This document shows, in pieces, positions 40,852 to 49,923 of a stretch of DNA of 58,857 nucleotides. The position numbers and the translations under genes are program-made. The DNA comes from a virus. The first letter of the stretch is position 1, and each line of letters begins with the position of its first letter. Location: positions 1 through 58,857 of the IMG/VR virus record IMGVR_UViG_3300045988_042242; one strand, given 5' to 3'. The notes beneath the pieces are model-generated. The model did not search any database. It saw only the letters and a program-made list of their open reading frames with translations, and was not told the origin of the DNA.

Positions 40852-43800
40852 TTATTCGCTGACTTCGATTTCACCTCTGAAGGCGAGCCGAGAGCCGTCA
40901 TTCGTACCCGAGCTCGAGGATGCGTCGCCCGCGCTCGCATCGACGAGACCGCCACCCGCGTAGGCGTTGCTAACCGAGCGACCAACGACACGGCACCTGC
41001 TGCCACTGTACCACTGACCGTCACAGTAATTTGATGCAAATACGCTGCTGTCTGATGTACACTTCGATGCGATTACGTCACAGAAGCGACCGTGACGCAC
41101 ACGACCGATGCACACACCACTGTTTGTTACGCCCTGCACGACACGTTCTGTCTTGCTGATAGGGTCATAGATGTGCCACTTCGCATCAATCGGGTCAGTA
41201 TTGATTTCTACACCGTGATTTTCGAGATACGACTTGAACGACAATACATTCACTGCGACATTATCCATGACTTCCCAAGTACAGCCGACAAAGTTTTCAA
41301 TGCCGAGTATCTTGTTTCCGTTCGATGCTGTTGTGCGCTTCGTGTCTGCATTGCCGACTGCATCTTGACTGCCTGTTGTGCCGCCTGAACTACGTCCGTA
41401 ACCGCATATCAACTGAACATCACGATTGCCGTTCAAACTCATCCACAGAATTGCCATGAGTTTGCTCATTTCGTAGTCGATAAGTTGATAACCGTCACCA
41501 CGGCGCATTGCGAGGTTCTGCAAGTCCTTGTATGTGTAGTTCAGCGCACCAACAGGCGTGTTCTTCACACGTCCGTTTTCATCATACTGCCATTCAGTAG
41601 AAGTCTTTGATGTTCCTGTACCAACACGGACAGTTGCAGCACTTATACTTCGTAATTGCATCAGTGTGTCAACAGATGCGTGATATACACCGACAAGCCA
41701 CGGTTTGTTTTCTACCCAATCAGGCTCAATCGCTTCGATTTCTGCACTATCAACTGCGATGACTTCCTGTGAGTTGTTCGTTCCCTTTGACGAAAAGAAG
41801 AACGATACAGCACCGTCAGGCACATTGCAGAATACATAATCTTCACCTTCAAGGAAGTCAAACATCGTATTCGACACTGCAAGATTGAATGTACCTACAA
41901 TTTTGCCGGAAGCATCAGTGAAGACTGCGCCGATGACACTGTGATTAAGCCCCGGCCAGCGCACTTGCTTCATGCCTGACACGTTCAGATGATAGATGTT
42001 GTAGTTCGGTGTGTCTGCGATTATGCCGTCAGTTTCAAGCGTAGATGTGCCGATGACAACATCAGTAGTCTGCACGGTTTTGTTGGCTTCGTACAGCACT
42101 TCAGACAGTTTCTTGCGTGTGATATTGCGTGCCGTGCTGATAGGTTCAGTAGTGAGCGAAGACCAAAAAATGTATTTCTTCTGCGCCTTGAAGTCATTCA
42201 CGCCCTTATACCAAAGATGCGGACAGCGCATCATTACATCGAAGCCTGTACCAAGTTCGTCCTTGTAGTCAAAGACAGTTCCGTCAGGCATCTGTTGATA
42301 ATTCGCATCGCTGATGCGTTCACCTACCCATTTGCCGTTGCTGTTCGTTCTACCCTTGACAGGTATCAGACCTTTGCGTATGCGTAGAATGTGACCGCTT
42401 GCTTCGTATGCGTCACCGTTCGTATTGTTGTCAAGATTGGTGATGTTCTTCGGGTCATTCACCGTATCATCGAAGACAACGCCTGTAAACTGCGCATTGT
42501 GAACTGTCAGACCGATGTCAGACGGCTTGAAGTACGCTTGCAGTTGTGCAAGTTCGCTGTCATCAATCAGCTTCGTCAATATCCATGAGCCTGTGATACC
42601 GTCACAACCGTGGTCTGCGTCACTGCCGATACCCTTTGTGCCGTCAGCCATAAGACGCTTCAGAATTGTCGCGTCTGCATTGACTTCAAGACCTGAAATG
42701 CCGATGTCTGTCAGATGCGCATTGCCGTTTATGACAGCCTGAAGCATTGCGAAAGCATCAATGCCGGCGCACGCTTCAATCTGGAGACGCTTCACATTGC
42801 TGAAACCGGCTATTGTAAGACCGCCGTTTGGATATGTCAGTTTAGGCAGATTTTGAAATGTCAGAGAAGTCATCGTGTTAGGCAGTTGTAGTGTTTCAAT
42901 CGGTGATGTCTGTGCCGGTGTGAATGACTGTAACTGACTGCCGAGCGCACGCACCGTCTTCAGACGCGGGCAATAAGTCGCGTCCAAAGTCTTCAACGGG
43001 AAGTTCCTGATGTCAACTTCTTCAAGGAACGGCAACTGACCGAGTGCAAGCGTAGCAAGTTCATCGCCCGAAGACGTTGCAGGGGTGTATGCTTCGCCGC
43101 CGATGATAAGTTTCTTCAGAAGTGTCAGATTGCTGATGTCCCAACCTTGCTGTTTTGGCGTTGCGTTTCTGATGTCAAGTTCTTCGATGCGGTCTGCGCC
43201 GAAGATGTAAATCATAACACCACCGCCGAGGTTCGTGTTGTTCGTGTAGAACGTATGACTTTCTCCGGCATTCAGGAAGCAAGAACCGCCGTTTGCTTCG
43301 TTGGCACGGTCAACGCCGACACCGAAGTAACCTGCTTTTGCTGCTTTGATTGTGATGCTCATGTTCGTGCCGGTGCATCGCATCGAGATTGCGCTCGAAT
43401 ATGTGTCACCGCACTTATAGAAGCCGTCACGGAACAAGAAGCGTTTCTTGACATATTCGCGAAGTCGCTGAATTGACAGACCGTGAAGCGCGAAGAAGTA
43501 GTTTGCCGATGCCTTGCTGTTTTCGATATACTTGCGATTGCCGTCATACGATGACACAAGTTTCGGCCACTTCTGCAAGCGGTCTGTTACCCAATACTTT
43601 TCAATGCCCTGCGGCGAGAATGGGCGCAAACCTGATGCAAGCTGCTGTGAGCGCATCAATGCTGCGATACGTGCGACAGTAGTTGTGCGTGTCGCGTCTT
43701 CTGTGTCGATTTCTGCGCGATAAGGCTGAAGCCAGATGTGTTCTGCCTTTGCGAGCTGCACGAAAAGCACGCTGTCATGCCCCTGATAGTAACCGTTAGG

Positions 43801-46800
43801 GTCATTGTTCGGGTCAAGTTCTGCCGGGATAGTAAGACCACAGTCATTGTCACTGCCGAGAATGGTATCGCCGTCATACAGATGATTAAGATACATTCTG
43901 ACATTGCCGTCAGTTTCGATATAGAAACCGACCATCATGTTCTTGCTTCGTTGGTCAACTGCTGCGATGTAGTCAGTGAAGACATGATACATGATTGCGC
44001 TGTATGGGTTCGCTTCCTTGTGAAGTTCGTGCGCAAACTTCTTCAGACGATTTTCGGGTGTTCCTGGTACACTCTTGCCGTCAATCGTAATGTTTCCGTC
44101 CGCTGCTGTCTTGTGCTGATTACACTCGTTGCACCAACACAGCCACTTATATAGACGATACGGCAACTTTCGACCGTCTTCATAGGCGGTGTTCAAGTCA
44201 TCGTTGTCGGGATAGCGACTTTCAAACTGCTGAAGCCATACAAGTTCACCGTCTTCAGAACGGCGCAACATATCATCAATGCTTGACACGTTCTGAAACC
44301 AATCCATGTCATTGTATGCTTTCAGTTCGTAGCACTCGACAGGGTTCACAACATCGCCGGTGATGCGCCAGCGACCGCCTGTGTATGTCATCGTGCCTGT
44401 TGTTTCTGTCCATGCGCCACTTTGATAGCGGTACACTTTGTGATTTGGGCCGCAAAATTCAGACAGAACAACGATGTCTTCAGTGTTCCATTCTGACTTG
44501 TCAACAGATGCCGCAAAATCATCGAGCGTCTGATTTCTTGCTGCGATGTATTCTGTAAAATCACCGTAGTTCAGACAGTCTTTGTTGTAACCGTCAACGG
44601 CTTCAAAGCCAAATACTGCTGCATCGCCTTTGTCGTGATTGAAGTTTCCCTTTGCATGGAAATATCCGTAAGAAGGTGAAGTCGGGTCTGGCGAATTTGC
44701 GTCAGTGCGATATAGTGCCATAGGAATGGAACTGATGCAAGGGTTCAGTTCATATTCGCCGGTGTAGAAGTTCTGCGCCGGTGTCATGTATGCCGAACCA
44801 AGTGCGCGTGACAGTTCGTTGTACAACTGCGTAGATGCACCGTTATTCGCGCCGCCACTTTCTGAATAGTCAACTTTGATACAGAAGATGTTTGTCGGCA
44901 TAGTGCCGCGCACGATTTGGAACTTGTTATTTGCCGCGAGTGATGCGATGAAGTCGTATTCTGCGAGTTGCTGCGCGTCAGTGAACTGACTGCGGTCGTA
45001 CATCATACGAATGAGCTTTGCTTTCTTCGACTTGCCTTTCTTGTTCTTGATAGGTCTGCGCGAAGATGTCGTACCCTGATTTGTAGTCGGAATGTCTTCG
45101 ATGACAAAGTTTCTCCAAGGACTATCAGGGAAGTAGAAGTACCAACACAGAACAACAGGTGTCTTCTTGTCACCGTCAAGACCTTCAATGTATTCAGGAT
45201 AATTTTCAGGCGTGTCTTCAGTGTTCGGTGACTTGCACATAACGGCATACGCGATGTTTCTTTCACCGAGTGATGCCATTTGCGGAATGTTTCGTGCCGG
45301 TCTGCCCTCTGCCGTCTGTGATGCCATTACCTGATTGAAGTTGTATTCAACAATCATCGCATCGGTGTCAGCGAGTTTCAGCAAGTAGTTGTTGAACGAT
45401 TGTTCAAAGTTGTAGTACGTTTCCCATGCACGCATATTGTACAGATACAGGTCTGCTTCAGAACCGTCAAACGTGATAGGCGTTGCGTGACGTGACAGTG
45501 AACCTGCGTCATAGAAACAAGCACCTGAAAATTCGCCGTCAAGATACAATGCGACAGTTCCGATGCCGGCATACGGTGCCTGGCTTGTAGGCATGATGAC
45601 GATTGCAACGTCTGTGATTGCGTCTTCTTCAAGTGCCGCGTCAATCGTGTGTGCGACTGTTTCTTCATTGTCAGTCGTGAAGACAACACGTTTGCCGGTA
45701 ACAAAGAAGCCGAAACCATTGCTGATGCAACTGATAAGACGTGCGTTTTCGTCCGCGATGTGGCGCGTGCGCACGCGGAACTGAATAGCAAGACCGTTCG
45801 TTTCGATTGAAGACACGTTGAAAGGAGCATAATCAAGCGTTGCTTTCACGTTCTCTGCGATACGCAAAGCCATGATGCCTGTATCGTTAGGCTGTTCGTA
45901 CACGTCACTGCCGTAACTGTCTTTGACAAAGCCGTTGGTCGTGTAGTTCGAGCCGATGACGGTCATCGTATAGCCGTTGCTTGTGATAGACTTGTCTGTG
46001 TCCTTGTTGCTTCGGCTGCTGAAGTCAATATCAATCATCTGCTGCGCTGTCACGCTTTCGATGTTCAGAAGTGTGCCGACAATCTTGAAGTTCGCTGTTT
46101 CAGATACAGATGTGCCGACACGCGCGAACAAGCCTATTGTCACACTGCCGTCAATCGCGTGACCTTGCACGCGCTGAATGTACGCTGAAGTCACACCACG
46201 TCTGACAAGCGATGTACGCTTGATAGTTGTCTGTGTGCCTACCTTTTCAAAGATTTCGACAGACACTTCAGAAGACTGCGAAGAATACGCTGCGAAGTCG
46301 ATGCTGATTGTTTCGTACTGCTTGACTTCACCGTCTTGCTTTTCGCTGTACCAACGTGTCACGACAATAGGTGTTGTGTTCGCCGGGTCAACGACCATGA
46401 CTGCCGTATGAAGATAGTTTCCGACAACGCCTGAAGACACGTCTTCGCCATGTATGCGAAGCGGATATGCGCCATGCTGAAGCGCAACACCGCAACAGTT
46501 CTTCGGGTCTATTGTGATACTGTGCGCGTAGGTGTCGCTCACGGTTGCTGTGCCGAGCGTTTTCCACTGACCGTTGATTAAGATTTCAGTGATGCAAGTG
46601 ATGCCTTTGTCAGATGCGTTGTTCGCGAAACGATACATCGGAAGCTGCTTCACTGCACCGCCGACATTGATGACAGTTGATGCCGTGTAATTCAGCGTCT
46701 GTTCTGATGTGATAGTCACATCTACTGCTGTCACGTTGATGTTACGCTTCGCTGTGCGGTCGCTGTCATCATACGCAACGAAACGGAACTTGCGCTGACC

Positions 46801-48399
46801 GGCTATGCTGAAGTATCGCGACAGGTCAAATTCAAAGTCGAATGTTTCCTTGTCTGCCGATGTCGCTTTGTTCAGTCTGAATGTTTCGAGCAACTGTTCC
46901 GTGTCGCGGTCATACAGTTCTACTTTTTCGATAATGCCGCTTTCATAGTCTGCACCGTTCTTCAGCGTGATTGCAGCGTTCACGATTAGCGTACCGCCTG
47001 ACTGACCGTAAAGCGGTGATGTTTCGGGCGTAAATTCAAGTATCATTCCTGTCTGGCCGCCACCGCCTGTGCCGACTGCAAACTGCTTTTCGTCACCTAC
47101 TGCTGCACCGGCTGCGTTTACAAGTTGCATCTTCACGACACCTTCTGTTTCAGTGTCGATATTGATGTTTGCAGGAATGTGCGTGAAAGCACCGCCTGTG
47201 CTGAAAGCGTCTTTGCCGTCTTCTTCGGGGTCATCTTTTGTTTCAACAGTAGAACCGCCGCCACCGTTGCCGAAGTCTTTCCACAGACCGGCTTCACCGA
47301 AATTGCCGACAGAAGACGTGAACTGCTTGGCTTCCCAAGTGTTTTCGCCTGTCTGATAACTGATGACAAGACCGCTCTTGCGATAGTCTATGCCTGTTGC
47401 ATTTGACTTTGCGACAAGTGCGTTGATTGCATATTCGAGCGTGTAGTATGCTGCTGCCGTACACGGACCACAAAGCGCATCTATGATGATGAATGTTTCG
47501 TCACCTGCTGACATTCCTGCATTGTCGAGCCAGTTGCCTGGGTTCTTGAAGTTAGCTTCACTGCTATCTGCGCCAATGTATTGATACGTCTTCCAAGACT
47601 TGTCTGCGATAGCGAATGTTATCTGCATACCGACATTGCGGAAGCCTTTGTCATAAGCAACCGCAATCGCTGCTTCAAGGTCGTAGTAACCCATTGACAG
47701 CGGCACATCGTTCGTCACGTTGAAACAGTTTCCGACTGCTGCTGAACCTCCGAACTTGCGCCAATACGATGTTTTGATGAATGGGTCATACTGCGGTGGC
47801 ACCATTCCGTTACTCATATAGAACGTGTATTGCCACGACTCCCAACCTTGTTCGCCTGGGAATGTCACGACAAGTCCTGCTTTCTTGAACAAAGCACTGT
47901 CTTTGTGCGATGAAAGCGCACCTATGACTGTTGCAAGTGTTGTGCTTTGCGTCAAAGACAGCATTTCTTTCGCGTTGATAAACAGACGCGGCGCGATGAT
48001 GTTGTCAAGTTCAGTTCTGTTTGTTTCAACTGCTGCCTTCGCTTCACCGGCTGTATTTTCTGCTTCTGATGCCGTTTCTCTTGCAGTATCGGCATTTCTG
48101 TTTGCCTGTTCTGCAACGCTGTTCGCTGTTTCTGCTTTACTGATTGCAGAATTTGCAGTCGTTGTTGCTTCGGTAGCCGCTTGCTGCGCCGATGATGCAA
48201 GTGTCTTCGCTTCACCGGCTGTTTTGTTGGCTGCTTGCGAGGTCTTCAGCGCGTCTTGTGTCGGCTGTATAAGACCGTTTAGCAAGTCACCGATTGGAAT
48301 TTTTACGCCCTCATTCTGCGCATTGACACCGAGCGTGTAAAGTCCGGCGGTCGATGTCGAGGTAGGTAATTCCGTTATTCTTTTTCTGAGGTCTGCCAT
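40852..48399 (-). CDS. Giant tail fibre / receptor-binding protein (2,515 aa) with the DGR variable region at its C-terminus
   Basis: Ala/Thr-rich N-terminal coiled coil, a LamG-like segment, a leucine-rich-repeat block (about 42700..43200), and a C-terminal ...CRVVGRSVSNAYAGGGLVDASAGDASSSSGTNDGSRLAF encoded by VR1. Confidence 0.85.
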   Translation of the reverse strand: MADLRKRITELPTSTSTAGLYTLGVNAQNEGVKIPIGDLLNGLIQPTQDALKTSQAANKTAGEAKTLASSAQQAATEATTTANSAISKAETANSVAEQANRNADTARETASEAENTAGEAKAAVETNRTELDNIIAPRLFINAKEMLSLTQSTTLATVIGALSSHKDSALFKKAGLVVTFPGEQGWESWQYTFYMSNGMVPPQYDPFIKTSYWRKFGGSAAVGNCFNVTNDVPLSMGYYDLEAAIAVAYDKGFRNVGMQITFAIADKSWKTYQYIGADSSEANFKNPGNWLDNAGMSAGDETFIIIDALCGPCTAAAYYTLEYAINALVAKSNATGIDYRKSGLVISYQTGENTWEAKQFTSSVGNFGEAGLWKDFGNGGGGSTVETKDDPEEDGKDAFSTGGAFTHIPANINIDTETEGVVKMQLVNAAGAAVGDEKQFAVGTGGGGQTGMILEFTPETSPLYGQSGGTLIVNAAITLKNGADYESGIIEKVELYDRDTEQLLETFRLNKATSADKETFDFEFDLSRYFSIAGQRKFRFVAYDDSDRTAKRNINVTAVDVTITSEQTLNYTASTVINVGGAVKQLPMYRFANNASDKGITCITEILINGQWKTLGTATVSDTYAHSITIDPKNCCGVALQHGAYPLRIHGEDVSSGVVGNYLHTAVMVVDPANTTPIVVTRWYSEKQDGEVKQYETISIDFAAYSSQSSEVSVEIFEKVGTQTTIKRTSLVRRGVTSAYIQRVQGHAIDGSVTIGLFARVGTSVSETANFKIVGTLLNIESVTAQQMIDIDFSSRSNKDTDKSITSNGYTMTVIGSNYTTNGFVKDSYGSDVYEQPNDTGIMALRIAENVKATLDYAPFNVSSIETNGLAIQFRVRTRHIADENARLISCISNGFGFFVTGKRVVFTTDNEETVAHTIDAALEEDAITDVAIVIMPTSQAPYAGIGTVALYLDGEFSGACFYDAGSLSRHATPITFDGSEADLYLYNMRAWETYYNFEQSFNNYLLKLADTDAMIVEYNFNQVMASQTAEGRPARNIPQMASLGERNIAYAVMCKSPNTEDTPENYPEYIEGLDGDKKTPVVLCWYFYFPDSPWRNFVIEDIPTTNQGTTSSRRPIKNKKGKSKKAKLIRMMYDRSQFTDAQQLAEYDFIASLAANNKFQIVRGTMPTNIFCIKVDYSESGGANNGASTQLYNELSRALGSAYMTPAQNFYTGEYELNPCISSIPMALYRTDANSPDPTSPSYGYFHAKGNFNHDKGDAAVFGFEAVDGYNKDCLNYGDFTEYIAARNQTLDDFAASVDKSEWNTEDIVVLSEFCGPNHKVYRYQSGAWTETTGTMTYTGGRWRITGDVVNPVECYELKAYNDMDWFQNVSSIDDMLRRSEDGELVWLQQFESRYPDNDDLNTAYEDGRKLPYRLYKWLCWCNECNQHKTAADGNITIDGKSVPGTPENRLKKFAHELHKEANPYSAIMYHVFTDYIAAVDQRSKNMMVGFYIETDGNVRMYLNHLYDGDTILGSDNDCGLTIPAELDPNNDPNGYYQGHDSVLFVQLAKAEHIWLQPYRAEIDTEDATRTTTVARIAALMRSQQLASGLRPFSPQGIEKYWVTDRLQKWPKLVSSYDGNRKYIENSKASANYFFALHGLSIQRLREYVKKRFLFRDGFYKCGDTYSSAISMRCTGTNMSITIKAAKAGYFGVGVDRANEANGGSCFLNAGESHTFYTNNTNLGGGVMIYIFGADRIEELDIRNATPKQQGWDISNLTLLKKLIIGGEAYTPATSSGDELATLALGQLPFLEEVDIRNFPLKTLDATYCPRLKTVRALGSQLQSFTPAQTSPIETLQLPNTMTSLTFQNLPKLTYPNGGLTIAGFSNVKRLQIEACAGIDAFAMLQAVINGNAHLTDIGISGLEVNADATILKRLMADGTKGIGSDADHGCDGITGSWILTKLIDDSELAQLQAYFKPSDIGLTVHNAQFTGVVFDDTVNDPKNITNLDNNTNGDAYEASGHILRIRKGLIPVKGRTNSNGKWVGERISDANYQQMPDGTVFDYKDELGTGFDVMMRCPHLWYKGVNDFKAQKKYIFWSSLTTEPISTARNITRKKLSEVLYEANKTVQTTDVVIGTSTLETDGIIADTPNYNIYHLNVSGMKQVRWPGLNHSVIGAVFTDASGKIVGTFNLAVSNTMFDFLEGEDYVFCNVPDGAVSFFFSSKGTNNSQEVIAVDSAEIEAIEPDWVENKPWLVGVYHASVDTLMQLRSISAATVRVGTGTSKTSTEWQYDENGRVKNTPVGALNYTYKDLQNLAMRRGDGYQLIDYEMSKLMAILWMSLNGNRDVQLICGYGRSSGGTTGSQDAVGNADTKRTTASNGNKILGIENFVGCTWEVMDNVAVNVLSFKSYLENHGVEINTDPIDAKWHIYDPISKTERVVQGVTNSGVCIGRVRHGRFCDVIASKCTSDSSVFASNYCDGQWYSGSRCRVVGRSVSNAYAGGGLVDASAGDASSSSGTNDGSRLAFRGEIEVSE
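40883..40996 (-). repeat. DGR variable repeat 1 (VR1)
   Basis: 114-bp alignment to the TR shows 15 differences. Fourteen are at TR adenines, all in AAY codons. The shared 3' GC-rich element GGCTCTCGGCTCGC is followed by CTTCA, which both VRs carry where the TR has AAACA. Confidence 0.9.
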
Positions 48400-48409
48400 G
48401 TGCTAAAAT

Positions 48410-49432
48410 TTAGTCGTTAATGAATATCTTTGATTGGTCATTGCCGCTGTCAACGATGACAAATTCACCACTCTGATGAATGAGAAGTGAAATGCCGCGT
48501 TTGGGTCTGATGCGCAACAATGTCGGTTCACCGTTCTGAAGCACTTCGACAAGTGCGAAGTCTTCATGTGCAAGAAGCATATACTGACCGACAGGACGAT
48601 AATTCACGAAAGTCAAGACGATGCTAAATTCACACCATACTTTGCCGCTTCGCAAAATATCGAATTTCGTCACGTTCATTGACTTGTAGAAGCAATCATA
48701 TTCGTTGCCGAGTGCCGCATAATAGAAGTTTCGCGTTTCCGGCTGAAGCACGACAGCAAACAAGCCATTGTATCGTTCCCAAAATTCATCAATATCAGGA
48801 GCATCAATCAGCAACTTCAGCGTCACGTCTTTAGACTTGAAGTTCACTGCCGATGCGTCATAAAAGATACCTGAAACATCTTTCGTTGATATTTTCAGGT
48901 TGTCTTTCGTGTTCGCCGCTTTTCGTATGCTGTCTTCGGAACCGTTCAATACGTATGTGCCGAACTGACTGATGTCGATGCCGTCAACTTCAAAACCGAT
49001 TTGTCTGATGCCTGTCTTGTCAAGCGGTTTGTGTGTGCCGCTTGGAATTACAGGGAAGTCATCAGAAAAGGTAAGTGTCATCTTACCGAGTTTGATGAAA
49101 GACGAAAATGCGCCGTTCTGTGTCATTCGCAAACGGTACGTCTTCTTGATTTCGCGAAACTCAAACGTGTGGTAAGCACCAATCGAAAGCTCGTCAAACA
49201 AGTCTTCAGCATATCGCGTGTTCGTGATACAGAACTGTATCTGAAGCGTGCGCGTGTCAAGTTTCGGTTCTATCAGGTCAACTTCAACGCCGTCTTCTTC
49301 CGGCCAATCAGTTGTATCGACTTTTTTGAAAGCGGCCAACTGAATGAGTTGCTTGAAACCGTGCTGTTCAACAAATACGCCGTATTCGATGAAAGCATCA
49401 TGACCGTCTATGAATAACTTGTTTTTCATCAT
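48410..49432 (-). CDS. Distal tail protein (Dit)-like
   Basis: 340 aa, in a post-tape-measure position. The N-terminal MKNKLFIDGHDAFIEYGVFV... is typical of siphovirus tail component genes. Confidence 0.45.
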   Translation of the reverse strand: MMKNKLFIDGHDAFIEYGVFVEQHGFKQLIQLAAFKKVDTTDWPEEDGVEVDLIEPKLDTRTLQIQFCITNTRYAEDLFDELSIGAYHTFEFREIKKTYRLRMTQNGAFSSFIKLGKMTLTFSDDFPVIPSGTHKPLDKTGIRQIGFEVDGIDISQFGTYVLNGSEDSIRKAANTKDNLKISTKDVSGIFYDASAVNFKSKDVTLKLLIDAPDIDEFWERYNGLFAVVLQPETRNFYYAALGNEYDCFYKSMNVTKFDILRSGKVWCEFSIVLTFVNYRPVGQYMLLAHEDFALVEVLQNGEPTLLRIRPKRGISLLIHQSGEFVIVDSGNDQSKIFIND

Positions 49433-49911
49433 ATCACAATAGCATGGTCTTTGATTGTTTCATTCGACTTTGAATGTTTGTCTTTCTCTATATGCACGAC
49501 ACTGAAACCTGATGCTTCAACCTGTGCCGATGCACCATGAAGCACACAGACAAGATTTCGCTTCGTCTGACTGTATTTCAATATCGCGTGCGTATTGCCG
49601 ACCAATAACACACGGTGTTCTTCTTCAAGTGTGATGTTCCCTGCGTCAATATACAAGCCATATTTCTGCGTGTCGTACTTCTTGAACTGTCTGAAGATTG
49701 AAAGCGTAGGGAAGTCGAAACTTGTGATAAATTCAACTCCACGCGGCGAAAACAGAAGCGCAATGAGTTCTTCAAGCGTTTCATCGCCGTGAAACATCGT
49801 GCAAGCGTGTAATTTCTGCGCAACGTCTTCACGTCCGGCTCTGATGCACAACTGCGCTGCGCGTGCCTTTGCTTTTCGCCATTCTGTGCGTATCGGTGTA
49901 AGATTTTCCAT
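49429..49911 (-). CDS. Hypothetical tail-module protein (160 aa)
   Basis: The ORF starts 12 nt after the tape-measure stop and is preceded by the conserved leader (plus strand catattgcggtga at 49909..49921). Confidence 0.5.
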   Translation of the reverse strand: MENLTPIRTEWRKAKARAAQLCIRAGREDVAQKLHACTMFHGDETLEELIALLFSPRGVEFITSFDFPTLSIFRQFKKYDTQKYGLYIDAGNITLEEEHRVLLVGNTHAILKYSQTKRNLVCVLHGASAQVEASGFSVVHIEKDKHSKSNETIKDHAIVI

Positions 49912-49923
49912 ATTGCGGTGATA

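Noticed and set aside
40773-41039. Minus-strand 88-aa ORF between the fibre gene and the TR that could have been an Avd-like accessory gene.
   Set aside because: It is an out-of-frame read of VR1 and the fibre 3' end. It is Ala/Arg/Ser-rich low complexity, not a helical-bundle-like sequence.
47825-48340. Long antisense ORFs inside large minus-strand genes, for example 47825..48340, 52455..52970, 21608..22198, 38042..38515 and 11994..12515 (+), and 2029..2616 (-).
   Set aside because: They are shadow ORFs opposite well-supported genes. Their composition is low-complexity or Cys/Phe-rich, and they have no leader motif or independent signals.
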